Notes: generated from the sequence alone by a model not told the origin. Counted from the stretch's first letter, positions 9,768 through 17,505 are shown. The stretch is DNA of 20,000 nt from an uncultured virus (IMG/VR IMGVR_UViG_3300031963_000026) (IMGVR_UViG_3300031963_000026:109363-129362); one strand, 5' to 3'. Program-made: numbers and translations.

Positions 9768-10798
9768 ACTAATACTGTTTTATAAACAATAAATCCATTT
9801 TGACCCGAATCTGTTAACACAACATCGGTTCTTAGAACATCCCCCGAATTTATCTCAAGAATTGGTGTTGTAATGAGAACATTATTAATGTAAGTTGAAT
9901 ACGATGATATATTACTTGAATCATTAACACTCATATTCACTTTATATTGTATGGTTCTTGTATCTGAAGTATAAGATGAATTAAAATTAATAGTAGTTTC
10001 AAATGTTTCAGGATTATCGGGATATTTTTTTCTTTTTTGGTTTGGTTTTTTACCATCCAACTCAAACATAGTGAATTGTCTTGAAATTGCCGGTTTTACT
10101 TGGAACTCGTTTTCGTCCAAAAGGAACCCTTGTAGTGTAAAACTGTATTTTTGTAAGTAGAATTTTCTTTTCTCAACATCCATAACCGATTCATCAACAA
10201 TATCACCCCTTAATATGGGAATATAATGTCCTTTTATTACGGTATAAGCTTGTCGAGATGCGAATTTTTCTATAATAACTTTATTGAAAGAATTAACTTC
10301 TCTCATTCTGTTACATATAATATAAACGTTATATGTTATATCAATCGGAACGGGTTGTGGTATGGAATAAACATCAACACCTTTTCTAGTTCCATCCCAT
10401 GTTGGAACCGCAACGTATTGATATTGTCTTCTATTAGGAATATTGAACATTCCACCATATGTTTGTCCAAATTGTACCTCGGGAACTCTAACCACAGTAA
10501 CAAATGGTAATGAAACGTTTTTATCCAAGTCCTGCGTATCCCAAGTTTGTGTAAATTGTGCCCAATTTTGAGTTGTAATAATAAGATCTAAAGTAGGAAC
10601 AATTTTTCCTTCACTTATAATTTGTAATTCATCCTTAACAAAATCCAAAAATCCTCTATCTAAGTCCGCATGAAGTATAGATTTTGGTAAATATGTCCCA
10701 TCCTCATTGATTTTATCAAGAAGTTCTTGCCTTCTAGCCGGTCCAAATTTGGGTTCAACTAAAGGTAATGTTGGTATTATTTTCTTAGGTAACGCCAT
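9764..10798 (-). CDS. Probable tail completion/terminator structural protein
   Basis: 344 aa directly upstream of sheath; LPFVTVVR and P.PIDITY.V.I pattern reminiscent of tail-completion folds; mostly synteny. Confidence 0.5.
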   Translation of the reverse strand: MALPKKIIPTLPLVEPKFGPARRQELLDKINEDGTYLPKSILHADLDRGFLDFVKDELQIISEGKIVPTLDLIITTQNWAQFTQTWDTQDLDKNVSLPFVTVVRVPEVQFGQTYGGMFNIPNRRQYQYVAVPTWDGTRKGVDVYSIPQPVPIDITYNVYIICNRMREVNSFNKVIIEKFASRQAYTVIKGHYIPILRGDIVDESVMDVEKRKFYLQKYSFTLQGFLLDENEFQVKPAISRQFTMFELDGKKPNQKRKKYPDNPETFETTINFNSSYTSDTRTIQYKVNMSVNDSSNISSYSTYINNVLITTPILEINSGDVLRTDVVLTDSGQNGFIVYKTVLV

Positions 10799-10800
10799 TA

Positions 10801-11316
10801 TTATATTCCATTAAATTCATTTCTATTAACAGGTACCGCCACGAATGTTCTATAAAAAGGTTTATATCCGCCATAAGTATGTTTCAAATCTGAAGTAACA
10901 CGACCATCATTAGCTACACTATAATACCTTACTTTTGATTCCGTTTCATAATATGCAATATAATCACCGTATTCTATATCAATACTTAATTCATCCAATT
11001 CTTTTTGATACACCGAAAACGTCATGTTACCTGGTTCCATTTGATCTAACTTACTGTTTCCAATAAATTTGTTTTCAGGTGCAACAATCTTAACATACGC
11101 TTTGAACTCCACAGGGGGTTGATAGGTAATACCACCTTCGGGTGCTTCACCATAAACATCGTCTTTTTTGGTTTTACTTTTATCCACTTTATATAAAACC
11201 AAAGTAAAGTTCATATCACCTTCCAACCATTCACGACCCATCTCAATATCTAAGTCGTAGTCTTCAGCTCCAAAAAACTTTCCTAATCTTGTTATCGGTA
11301 CTTTACGCTCTGCCAT
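10801..11316 (-). CDS. Probable head-closure/neck protein (gp14-like)
   Basis: 171 aa with DDVYGE and GDYI.Y motifs, beta-rich; first gene of the leftward tail operon. Confidence 0.5.
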   Translation of the reverse strand: MAERKVPITRLGKFFGAEDYDLDIEMGREWLEGDMNFTLVLYKVDKSKTKKDDVYGEAPEGGITYQPPVEFKAYVKIVAPENKFIGNSKLDQMEPGNMTFSVYQKELDELSIDIEYGDYIAYYETESKVRYYSVANDGRVTSDLKHTYGGYKPFYRTFVAVPVNRNEFNGI

Positions 11317-11358
11317 ATTGATAAATACTTGATTGTTTATTATATTTACCTTTTAAGT

Positions 11359-13113
11359 ATGAATGAAATAAAAATCAATCAACCGCTTGAAATCAGAGCA
11401 CTTGATGTCCTTGATAGTTATTCAGGGGCAAACAATTATATTATTAAATTAAAAATCAAAAAAGATACCAATAAAAAGTTCTATCCAACAAGAAACCAAG
11501 CGGAATATATCTTGGCTTATAAAGATTCCGTTCCAAAAGTTGCAAGAAAATGGGTGGAACTTGATATGTATTTTGCCAATAAATTTGCTGATGAAAAATT
11601 ATTAACCGAAGTTCCAACCAAAATATGGGTTGAGAAGTTATTGGTTGAAAAAGATACGTCTTATCACATTTGGGGTAAGTATTTTGAACACGAGGAATTA
11701 TATGATTTTTGGATTCCTAAATCAGGAATTATTAAAGATACTTCTGTTAAGGTTGTTATTGACTATGAAAAGTATTCACATAGACCGCCTCTTTCACACC
11801 AAAAAGAAGGTATTGAGAAATTAGTTGGAAATAAAAAATACATTCTTGCCGATGATATGGGTTTGGGGAAGACAACACAAACAATTATTGCTGCGTTGGA
11901 GACAGGGGTTGAGAAGGTTTTAATTATTAGTCCTGCATCATTGAAGATCAACTGGCAACGTGAGATTGAAAATTACACGGATAGATCGGTTGTAATTATT
12001 GATGGGAAGAAATGGGAATCCGCCGATTTTGTTATCGTAAATTATGACATTTTGAAAAACTTTCATGATCCAAAAAATCGGGAAGAAAGTCAAATATTGA
12101 ATGAAGGATTTGGGTTGGTCATTATTGATGAAGCACATTATATTCAAAACACACAAGCACAAAGAACAAAACTTATTAACGATTTTGTTAAAAAAATTGA
12201 TAGATTATGGTTATTAACCGGAACACCAATGACATCAAGACCAATAAACTATTATAACTTATTAAGTTTGATTGATTCACCCGTTGCAATGAATTGGATG
12301 GCTTATGTTATGAGATATTGTGAAGGTTATCAATTCAAGGTAGGGAATAGAAAAGTTTGGAATGTTAATGGTGCGTCAAATCTTGAAGAATTAAGAGATA
12401 GAACATCTCGTCAAGTATTAAGAAGATTAAAAACCGACGTATTGGATCTTCCTGAAAAAATCATCACACCCGTTTATCTTAAATTGAAATCTTATGAATA
12501 TGAACGATTGATGGGTGAATATTATGATTGGTATGATAACTCTAAAGAATCTACCTCATTAACCGTACAATTCACTAAATTAATGAAGGTTAGACAGGTT
12601 ATATCGGAAGAAAAAGTAAAATCAACAATTGAATTATGTGAAAACATTATTGAACAAGGAAAGAAAGTAATTGTTTTTACCAATTTTACCAACTCGTTAA
12701 ACTCTATCTTATCTCACTTCGGAAAAAAAGCGGTTGGTCTTGATGGTAGTATGCCTCAAGGTATGAGACAAGATAACGTTGATAAATTCCAAAATGATGA
12801 AAATATTATGGTGTTTGTTGGGAACATTAAAGCAGCTGGGGTTGGTATCACATTAACATCTGCGGAAGTTGTTGTTATGAATGACCTGTCATTTGTACCG
12901 TCAGATCACTCACAAGCCGAGGATCGTGCTTATCGTTATGGTCAAAAAAATAACGTTTTGGTATATTATCCTATTTTTGATAACACGATTGAGGGTATTA
13001 TTTATAACATTCTACAAAAGAAGAAAAACATCTTTGAAACCGTTATGGGGGATAATTTAAGTAAGGGTGATATGGTGGAGGAAATCATGAATATGATTAA
13101 CACAAAAAGATAA
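11359..13113 (+). CDS. SNF2-family helicase/ATPase (SMARCAL1/HARP-like)
   Basis: LADDMGLGKT (Walker A), DEAH, LLTGTP, GVGITLT, QAEDRAYRYGQ motifs. ATG at 11359 preferred over TTG at 11329. Confidence 0.92.
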   Translation: MNEIKINQPLEIRALDVLDSYSGANNYIIKLKIKKDTNKKFYPTRNQAEYILAYKDSVPKVARKWVELDMYFANKFADEKLLTEVPTKIWVEKLLVEKDTSYHIWGKYFEHEELYDFWIPKSGIIKDTSVKVVIDYEKYSHRPPLSHQKEGIEKLVGNKKYILADDMGLGKTTQTIIAALETGVEKVLIISPASLKINWQREIENYTDRSVVIIDGKKWESADFVIVNYDILKNFHDPKNREESQILNEGFGLVIIDEAHYIQNTQAQRTKLINDFVKKIDRLWLLTGTPMTSRPINYYNLLSLIDSPVAMNWMAYVMRYCEGYQFKVGNRKVWNVNGASNLEELRDRTSRQVLRRLKTDVLDLPEKIITPVYLKLKSYEYERLMGEYYDWYDNSKESTSLTVQFTKLMKVRQVISEEKVKSTIELCENIIEQGKKVIVFTNFTNSLNSILSHFGKKAVGLDGSMPQGMRQDNVDKFQNDENIMVFVGNIKAAGVGITLTSAEVVVMNDLSFVPSDHSQAEDRAYRYGQKNNVLVYYPIFDNTIEGIIYNILQKKKNIFETVMGDNLSKGDMVEEIMNMINTKR

Positions 13114-13129
13114 TGATATATTTATCATT

Positions 13130-13453
13130 ATGAAAGTTAAAGTAACAGAAGATAAGTTATACCCTGTTTTCAAAAAATTTATGGAAACTCAGTTTAAGAA
13201 TTATGAATGGATCGAAGATAATTATGATGTTGTTTTGTTTATGAGTCCCGGAGGAGATTCTTATTTGGCGTTGAGTAAAGATAAAACTTTATTAATTTAT
13301 GCTAAAACCGCAAAAAAAATCCTTAATTACCTTCCTATGGAACGATCTATGTTCCTATCACTTATGACTAGATGGGTAGGAGAGACCTTAAATATTAAGG
13401 GTATAACCCTCTCGCAGTTTCAACAGTTGGTTTTGATTAGCCTTAATAGATAA
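13130..13453 (+). CDS. Paralog 1 of MKVKVTE family, unknown function
   Basis: 107 aa; shares MKVKVTE.KLYP.FKKFMETQFK.YEW, IL.Y.PME and WV..T with neighbours. Confidence 0.85.
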   Translation: MKVKVTEDKLYPVFKKFMETQFKNYEWIEDNYDVVLFMSPGGDSYLALSKDKTLLIYAKTAKKILNYLPMERSMFLSLMTRWVGETLNIKGITLSQFQQLVLISLNR

Positions 13454-13472
13454 TAATAATATATTTATCATT

Positions 13473-13814
13473 ATGAAAGTTAAAGTAACAGAAGAAAAGT
13501 TATATCCATTATTCAAAAAATTCATGGAAACTCAGTTTAAGAAATATGAATGGAGAAAAGGTAAATTTGATTCCATTTGGTTCATAGACCCTGAAGGATA
13601 TGGTCACATGGGATTGTTGAAAAATAAAGAGTTATTAATCTATCGTGAGATTAAAGATCAAATTCTTCGCTACATTCCTATGGAAAAATCTATGTTACAA
13701 ACACTTATGAGTAAGTGGGTAGAAGAAACCCTTCAAGTTGAAGGGTTAACCGTTCCCACTGTACCCCAATTTACAATACCGCGTTTTTATGATGGTGATA
13801 CCTTTCCATTATAA
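13473..13814 (+). CDS. Paralog 2 of MKVKVTE family
   Basis: 113 aa, ends GDTFPL. Confidence 0.85.
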   Translation: MKVKVTEEKLYPLFKKFMETQFKKYEWRKGKFDSIWFIDPEGYGHMGLLKNKELLIYREIKDQILRYIPMEKSMLQTLMSKWVEETLQVEGLTVPTVPQFTIPRFYDGDTFPL

Positions 13815-13828
13815 GAATATTTATCAAT

Positions 13829-14164
13829 ATGAAAGTTAAAGTAACAGAAGATAAGTTATACCCTGTTTTCAAAAAATTTATGGAAACTCAGTTTAAGAAT
13901 TATGAATGGAGAAAAGATCGGAATGATGACATTTGGTTTTCAGATCCTAAAGGGTATGGTCATTTGGGATTGGTACACATTAAGGATTTATTGATCTATC
14001 GTGATATTAGAAAAAAAATACTTCGTTATCTTCCTATGGAACAATCTATGTTAAACTCACTTATGAGTAAGTGGGTAGAAGAGACCCTTCAAGTTAAGGG
14101 GTTAGCCCCCACTTTGGCAAGACACGAATCCTATCCATTAGTTGATGGATCCTTTCCATTATAA
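13829..14164 (+). CDS. Paralog 3 of MKVKVTE family
   Basis: 111 aa, ends VDGSFPL. Confidence 0.85.
   Translation: MKVKVTEDKLYPVFKKFMETQFKNYEWRKDRNDDIWFSDPKGYGHLGLVHIKDLLIYRDIRKKILRYLPMEQSMLNSLMSKWVEETLQVKGLAPTLARHESYPLVDGSFPL
14075..14160 (-). CRISPR. Putative single-spacer CRISPR-like unit (degenerate), unit 3
   Basis: 36-nt repeat 14075-14110, 30-nt unique segment 14111-14140, partial repeat GTTGATGGATCCTTTCC from 14141. Confidence 0.4.
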
Positions 14165-14178
14165 GAATATTTATCATT

Positions 14179-14487
14179 ATGAAAGTTAAAGTAACAGAAG
14201 AAAAGTTATATCCAGTATTCAAAAAATTTATGGAAACTCAGTTTAAGAATTATGAATGGACAAAAGATGAATATGGGTGTATTGATTTTGTGGATCCTGA
14301 AGGATTTGGTCATTTGGAATTGGAAAACAATGAAGATTTATGGGTTTATGGTGATATTAAAGATCAAATTCTTCGCTACATTCCTATGGAAGAATATATG
14401 TTAGAATCACTTATGGGTAGATGGGTTGGAGATACCTTTCAAATTGAGGGTATAAACACCAGTATAGAATCGTTTCCAAATTTTTAA
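14179..14487 (+). CDS. Paralog 4 of MKVKVTE family
   Basis: 102 aa; TAA falls inside the variable segment and in-frame IVENAFPL* follows. Confidence 0.85.
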   Translation: MKVKVTEEKLYPVFKKFMETQFKNYEWTKDEYGCIDFVDPEGFGHLELENNEDLWVYGDIKDQILRYIPMEEYMLESLMGRWVGDTFQIEGINTSIESFPNF

Positions 14488-14510
14488 ATCGTTGAAAATG
14501 CCTTTCCATT
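14425..14510 (-). CRISPR. Putative single-spacer CRISPR-like unit with type VI-B-like repeat, unit 4
   Basis: Repeat 14425-14460 (minus: GGTGTTTATACCCTCAATTTGAAAGGTATCTCCAAC), 30-nt spacer 14461-14490, partial repeat GTTGAAAATGCCTTTCC from 14491. Confidence 0.5.
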
Positions 14511-14529
14511 GTAAGAATATTTATATGGT

Positions 14530-14820
14530 ATGAAAGTCAAGGTAACAGAAGAAAAGTTATATCCAGTTTTCAAAAAATTCATGGAAACTCAGTTTAAGAA
14601 ATATGAATGGAGAAAAGATGAACTTGGGACTATTTGGTTTATGGATCCTGAAGGATTTGGTGATCTGGAATTGGGAGATAAAAATTTATGGGTTCATCGT
14701 GATATTAAAAATAAAATTCTTCGTTATCTTCCTATGGAAGAATCTATGTTAGACTCGCTTATATCTAGATGGGTTGGAGATACTTTTCAAATTGAGGGTA
14801 TAAACATCCTCGAGATGTGA
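14530..14820 (+). CDS. Paralog 5 of MKVKVTE family
   Basis: 96 aa; TGA inside the variable segment, then in-frame LPW*EEVGDTFPL*. Confidence 0.85.
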   Translation: MKVKVTEEKLYPVFKKFMETQFKKYEWRKDELGTIWFMDPEGFGDLELGDKNLWVHRDIKNKILRYLPMEESMLDSLISRWVGDTFQIEGINILEM

Positions 14821-14858
14821 TTGCCATGGTAGGAGGAAGTTGGTGATACCTTTCCATT
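14773..14858 (-). CRISPR. Putative single-spacer CRISPR-like unit with type VI-B-like repeat, unit 5
   Basis: Repeat 14773-14808 (minus: GATGTTTATACCCTCAATTTGAAAAGTATCTCCAAC), 30-nt spacer 14809-14838, partial repeat GTTGGTGATACCTTTCC from 14839. Confidence 0.5.
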
Positions 14859-14877
14859 ATAAGAATATTTATATGGT

Positions 14878-15552
14878 ATGAAACTACTTGAGAGAAAAAT
14901 ACATTTACTAGAATCTTTATTGGATGGTAAGAATATTTTTGAAGCCAATTATAAAGCACAAAAATTAGATTATAACTTAAATTCATTATCAGATTTTATC
15001 GGTAAAGATACTATGGATGTTCATTATAATGGACATTATAAAACTTACCTTAAAAAATTAAATGAACTTCTACCGGATGAAAAAATGATCCCAATAGAAG
15101 ATTTAATTAAAAAAATATCAAGGTATAACAAGAAAATTAGGAATAATGCTGGTGGTGTATATAACCACCAACTATTTTGGAAAATGTTATCACCAAACAA
15201 AACAAAACCATCTAAAGAACTATTAGAAAAAATTAACAAAGATTTTGGTTCTTATGATGAGTTCAAACAAAAGTTTGAAAAAGTGGCATTAGACAGGTTT
15301 GGTTCAGGATGGGTTTGGTTAATTATGGGTAAAAGTGGTAGGTTACGTGTCGTATCTACACCCAATCAGGACAACCCCGAGATGAATATTATTAGAAATG
15401 GAGGAAAAATTTTATTGGGGCTTGACATTTGGGAACATGCGTATTATCTTAGCTACCGAAATGAGAGAGACCGATATATCAAAAACTTTTGGAAAGTGGT
15501 AAATTGGGATTTCGTAAGTTCAGAATATCAGAAACTTAAACCAACTAAATAA
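14878..15552 (+). CDS. sod: Fe/Mn superoxide dismutase
   Basis: TMDVHYNGHY, NNAGGVYNHQLFW, FGSGWVWL, TPNQDNP and LDIWEHAYY signature; metal ligands appear intact. Confidence 0.95.
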   Translation: MKLLERKIHLLESLLDGKNIFEANYKAQKLDYNLNSLSDFIGKDTMDVHYNGHYKTYLKKLNELLPDEKMIPIEDLIKKISRYNKKIRNNAGGVYNHQLFWKMLSPNKTKPSKELLEKINKDFGSYDEFKQKFEKVALDRFGSGWVWLIMGKSGRLRVVSTPNQDNPEMNIIRNGGKILLGLDIWEHAYYLSYRNERDRYIKNFWKVVNWDFVSSEYQKLKPTK

Positions 15553-16367
15553 TGAAAAACTCATTTGTTCTCAACGAAGAAAAAGTAACAAAATGTTCCT
15601 ATTCCGAAGTTAGTAAGTACAAAGATTTGTTTAACCGTAATCCTAAAGTAAAGTGGATTTATCGTGAAGCAATTGACAAAGCACTCGAAGTGGTGTTTAA
15701 AGATTTATGGCAAACTCACCCAAAAGGTTCCGAAACTGTTTCAGGAGTTTTTAATTTAGAAGGACCCGGTAGATCGGTTTTGAATAAGTTAAATACCAAT
15801 TATAGTGCATTCGCCATATTAGTTAGAGATATCAATAAGGTATTAAAATCAAGAGGTATCCAACTTTTGAATTTTAATGGAACACAAGACGACCAACTTT
15901 TTGAAGCAAGAAAAATGGCTAAGGTGATTGACACATTCAAAGAACGAATATTCAACACCGAATCATCCACATTTAATAGTATTATGGCAACACTTAATCG
16001 CACACATAAATTAGGTGAGAATAGAGAAGATAGTGTTGTTAATTTTTTGAAAAGGATCTATGGTGACGATAATGTTTCAAAGATTGGTGGGTTAAATAGT
16101 TCTGAAGATATGACATCGGGTGTTGATGTTTTAATTAAAACTGAGGGTAATACTAAAACCGCTCAAGTTAAACCTTTCTACAAAACATTAAATGATGGTG
16201 TGACTATTAGGTTCGCAGATACTGGTAACGTTAAAAAATACGAGACAGATTACCTGATTTTTGACGGTACTAAAGAAATCTACATTATGAATAACAATCA
16301 AACCGTTATTGTTGAAGGTGAATATTCTTTTCCGAGTGAGTCAGTAATTCATATATTATCAAAGTAA
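15552..16367 (+). CDS. Hypothetical protein with PD-(D/E)xK-like C-terminal motif
   Basis: G..RE...EDMTSGVDVLI...TAQVKP pattern resembles restriction-like nuclease active sites; coupled to sod (TAATG overlap). Confidence 0.45.
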   Translation: MKNSFVLNEEKVTKCSYSEVSKYKDLFNRNPKVKWIYREAIDKALEVVFKDLWQTHPKGSETVSGVFNLEGPGRSVLNKLNTNYSAFAILVRDINKVLKSRGIQLLNFNGTQDDQLFEARKMAKVIDTFKERIFNTESSTFNSIMATLNRTHKLGENREDSVVNFLKRIYGDDNVSKIGGLNSSEDMTSGVDVLIKTEGNTKTAQVKPFYKTLNDGVTIRFADTGNVKKYETDYLIFDGTKEIYIMNNNQTVIVEGEYSFPSESVIHILSK

Positions 16368-16391
16368 TTGATATTTATATGAAAAAAGACT

Positions 16392-17504
16392 ATGGCAATT
16401 ATCCCTGAACCAGAAAGAAGTCAATTATACAAAAGAATTAAAAATCTTTTAGGTGCCCCAATCCGATCAGTAGAGATTGAGGATGAAATGATGGATTCAC
16501 TTATGGAATTATCCATTGGTGATTATAGCCAATACGTGTTAGATTGGTTGATAGAATCTCAATGGACATCTCTTTATGGATTGAATTTAGATGAGAAATC
16601 CGTTGCAAACGCACTTGTTAGAAGAACTTTAGATTGGGAAACACAATATACCTATGCATATTCAAAAATTGTAGGATTACAAACAAATGGTCCTTGGGTG
16701 TTAAAACAAGATTATTTTGATTTAATGCCAAACCAACAACTTTATGAGATTCCCGCAGGAAGAGAAATAAACGAATTAATGTGGTTTACAAGACCTGCAT
16801 TAAATAACACATTGTTTGATCCTTGGTCTATGGGTTTCTTGGGTGGTCCCGGTATTGGTGGTCCTGCGGGATTTTCACAGATGGGGTTCCAAGGAGGTTA
16901 TTTTATGATGTCAGCATATGATATGGTGGCACGTATGCAAGATATTAACCTTAAATCAAGAATTTTAGGTTCGGATCTTACATATAAAATCACCGCACTT
17001 CCCGACGGAAAAAGAATGGTTCACCTTTTGAATGTTCCCGGTGGTAAATTTAATTTTGGTAATATTGGATATAATCAATATAGAGTATTCTATTGGTATT
17101 ACGATACCACAGACGATAACAGAAACGATTGTTTAGCCGCTAATCCCGATATTGTTAAGTTACCTTCAGATGTTCCATTGGATAACCTATCCTGGGTAGA
17201 TCTTAACGCACCCGCCCAACAATGGGTTCGTCGTTGGTTTACGGCTTACGTTAAAGAAACTTTATCAAGAGTTAGAGGGAAGTATTCGGGTAACTTAAAA
17301 ACACCTGATTCCGAACTTCAAATGGAATATACAACACTTCAAACCGAAGCTAAAGACGAAAAATCTACACTTTTAGAAGAACTTAAATTACGTTTAGAAA
17401 GACTACGTCCTGAAAAACAAATGGAAAAAGAAGCATCAATTGCTGAAAACCTAAATAAACAACTTAAATTCAGAGCGTTTAAAGTCCCAATTCAAGCAAT
17501 CTAA
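16392..17504 (+). CDS. Neck / head-tail connector protein (gp13-like)
   Basis: N-terminal LYKRIKNLLGAPIRSVEI and C-terminal WVRRW..A..KE.L.RVRGKY motifs typical of myovirus neck proteins. Confidence 0.65.
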   Translation: MAIIPEPERSQLYKRIKNLLGAPIRSVEIEDEMMDSLMELSIGDYSQYVLDWLIESQWTSLYGLNLDEKSVANALVRRTLDWETQYTYAYSKIVGLQTNGPWVLKQDYFDLMPNQQLYEIPAGREINELMWFTRPALNNTLFDPWSMGFLGGPGIGGPAGFSQMGFQGGYFMMSAYDMVARMQDINLKSRILGSDLTYKITALPDGKRMVHLLNVPGGKFNFGNIGYNQYRVFYWYYDTTDDNRNDCLAANPDIVKLPSDVPLDNLSWVDLNAPAQQWVRRWFTAYVKETLSRVRGKYSGNLKTPDSELQMEYTTLQTEAKDEKSTLLEELKLRLERLRPEKQMEKEASIAENLNKQLKFRAFKVPIQAI

Positions 17505-17505
17505 T

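Larger units (their letters stand above)
13115..14877 (+). repeat. Tandem array of five ~345-bp gene units
   Basis: Each unit starts ATATTTAT-N4/5-ATGAAAGT(T/C)AA(A/G)GTAACAGAAGA; units 2-5 end CCTTTCCATT(A/G)TAAGAATATTTAT. Confidence 0.95.

Noticed and set aside
14485..14832. Stop-codon reassignment explaining in-frame stops in paralogs 4 and 5
   Set aside because: The stops are TAA, TGA and TAG (all three), and all long genes translate intact in the standard code.
13412..14838. Assigning spacer targets from short translations (e.g. MDRIRVLPK, RDVIAMVGG)
   Set aside because: Ten-codon open frames arise by chance. I noticed no protospacer match in this window by eye; a database search is required.
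13376..14874. Diversity-generating retroelement variable regions
   Set aside because: No reverse transcriptase or template repeat is visible in the window, and the 30-mers differ throughout instead of keeping the conserved non-A scaffold of DGR VRs. Disfavoured, but a distant TR is not formally excluded.
13115..14877. Canonical CRISPR array or TIGR-type array
   Set aside because: Repeat-spacer units are separated by ~250 nt of coding sequence and are degenerate; no contiguous array, cas gene or Nop-domain gene is recognisable.
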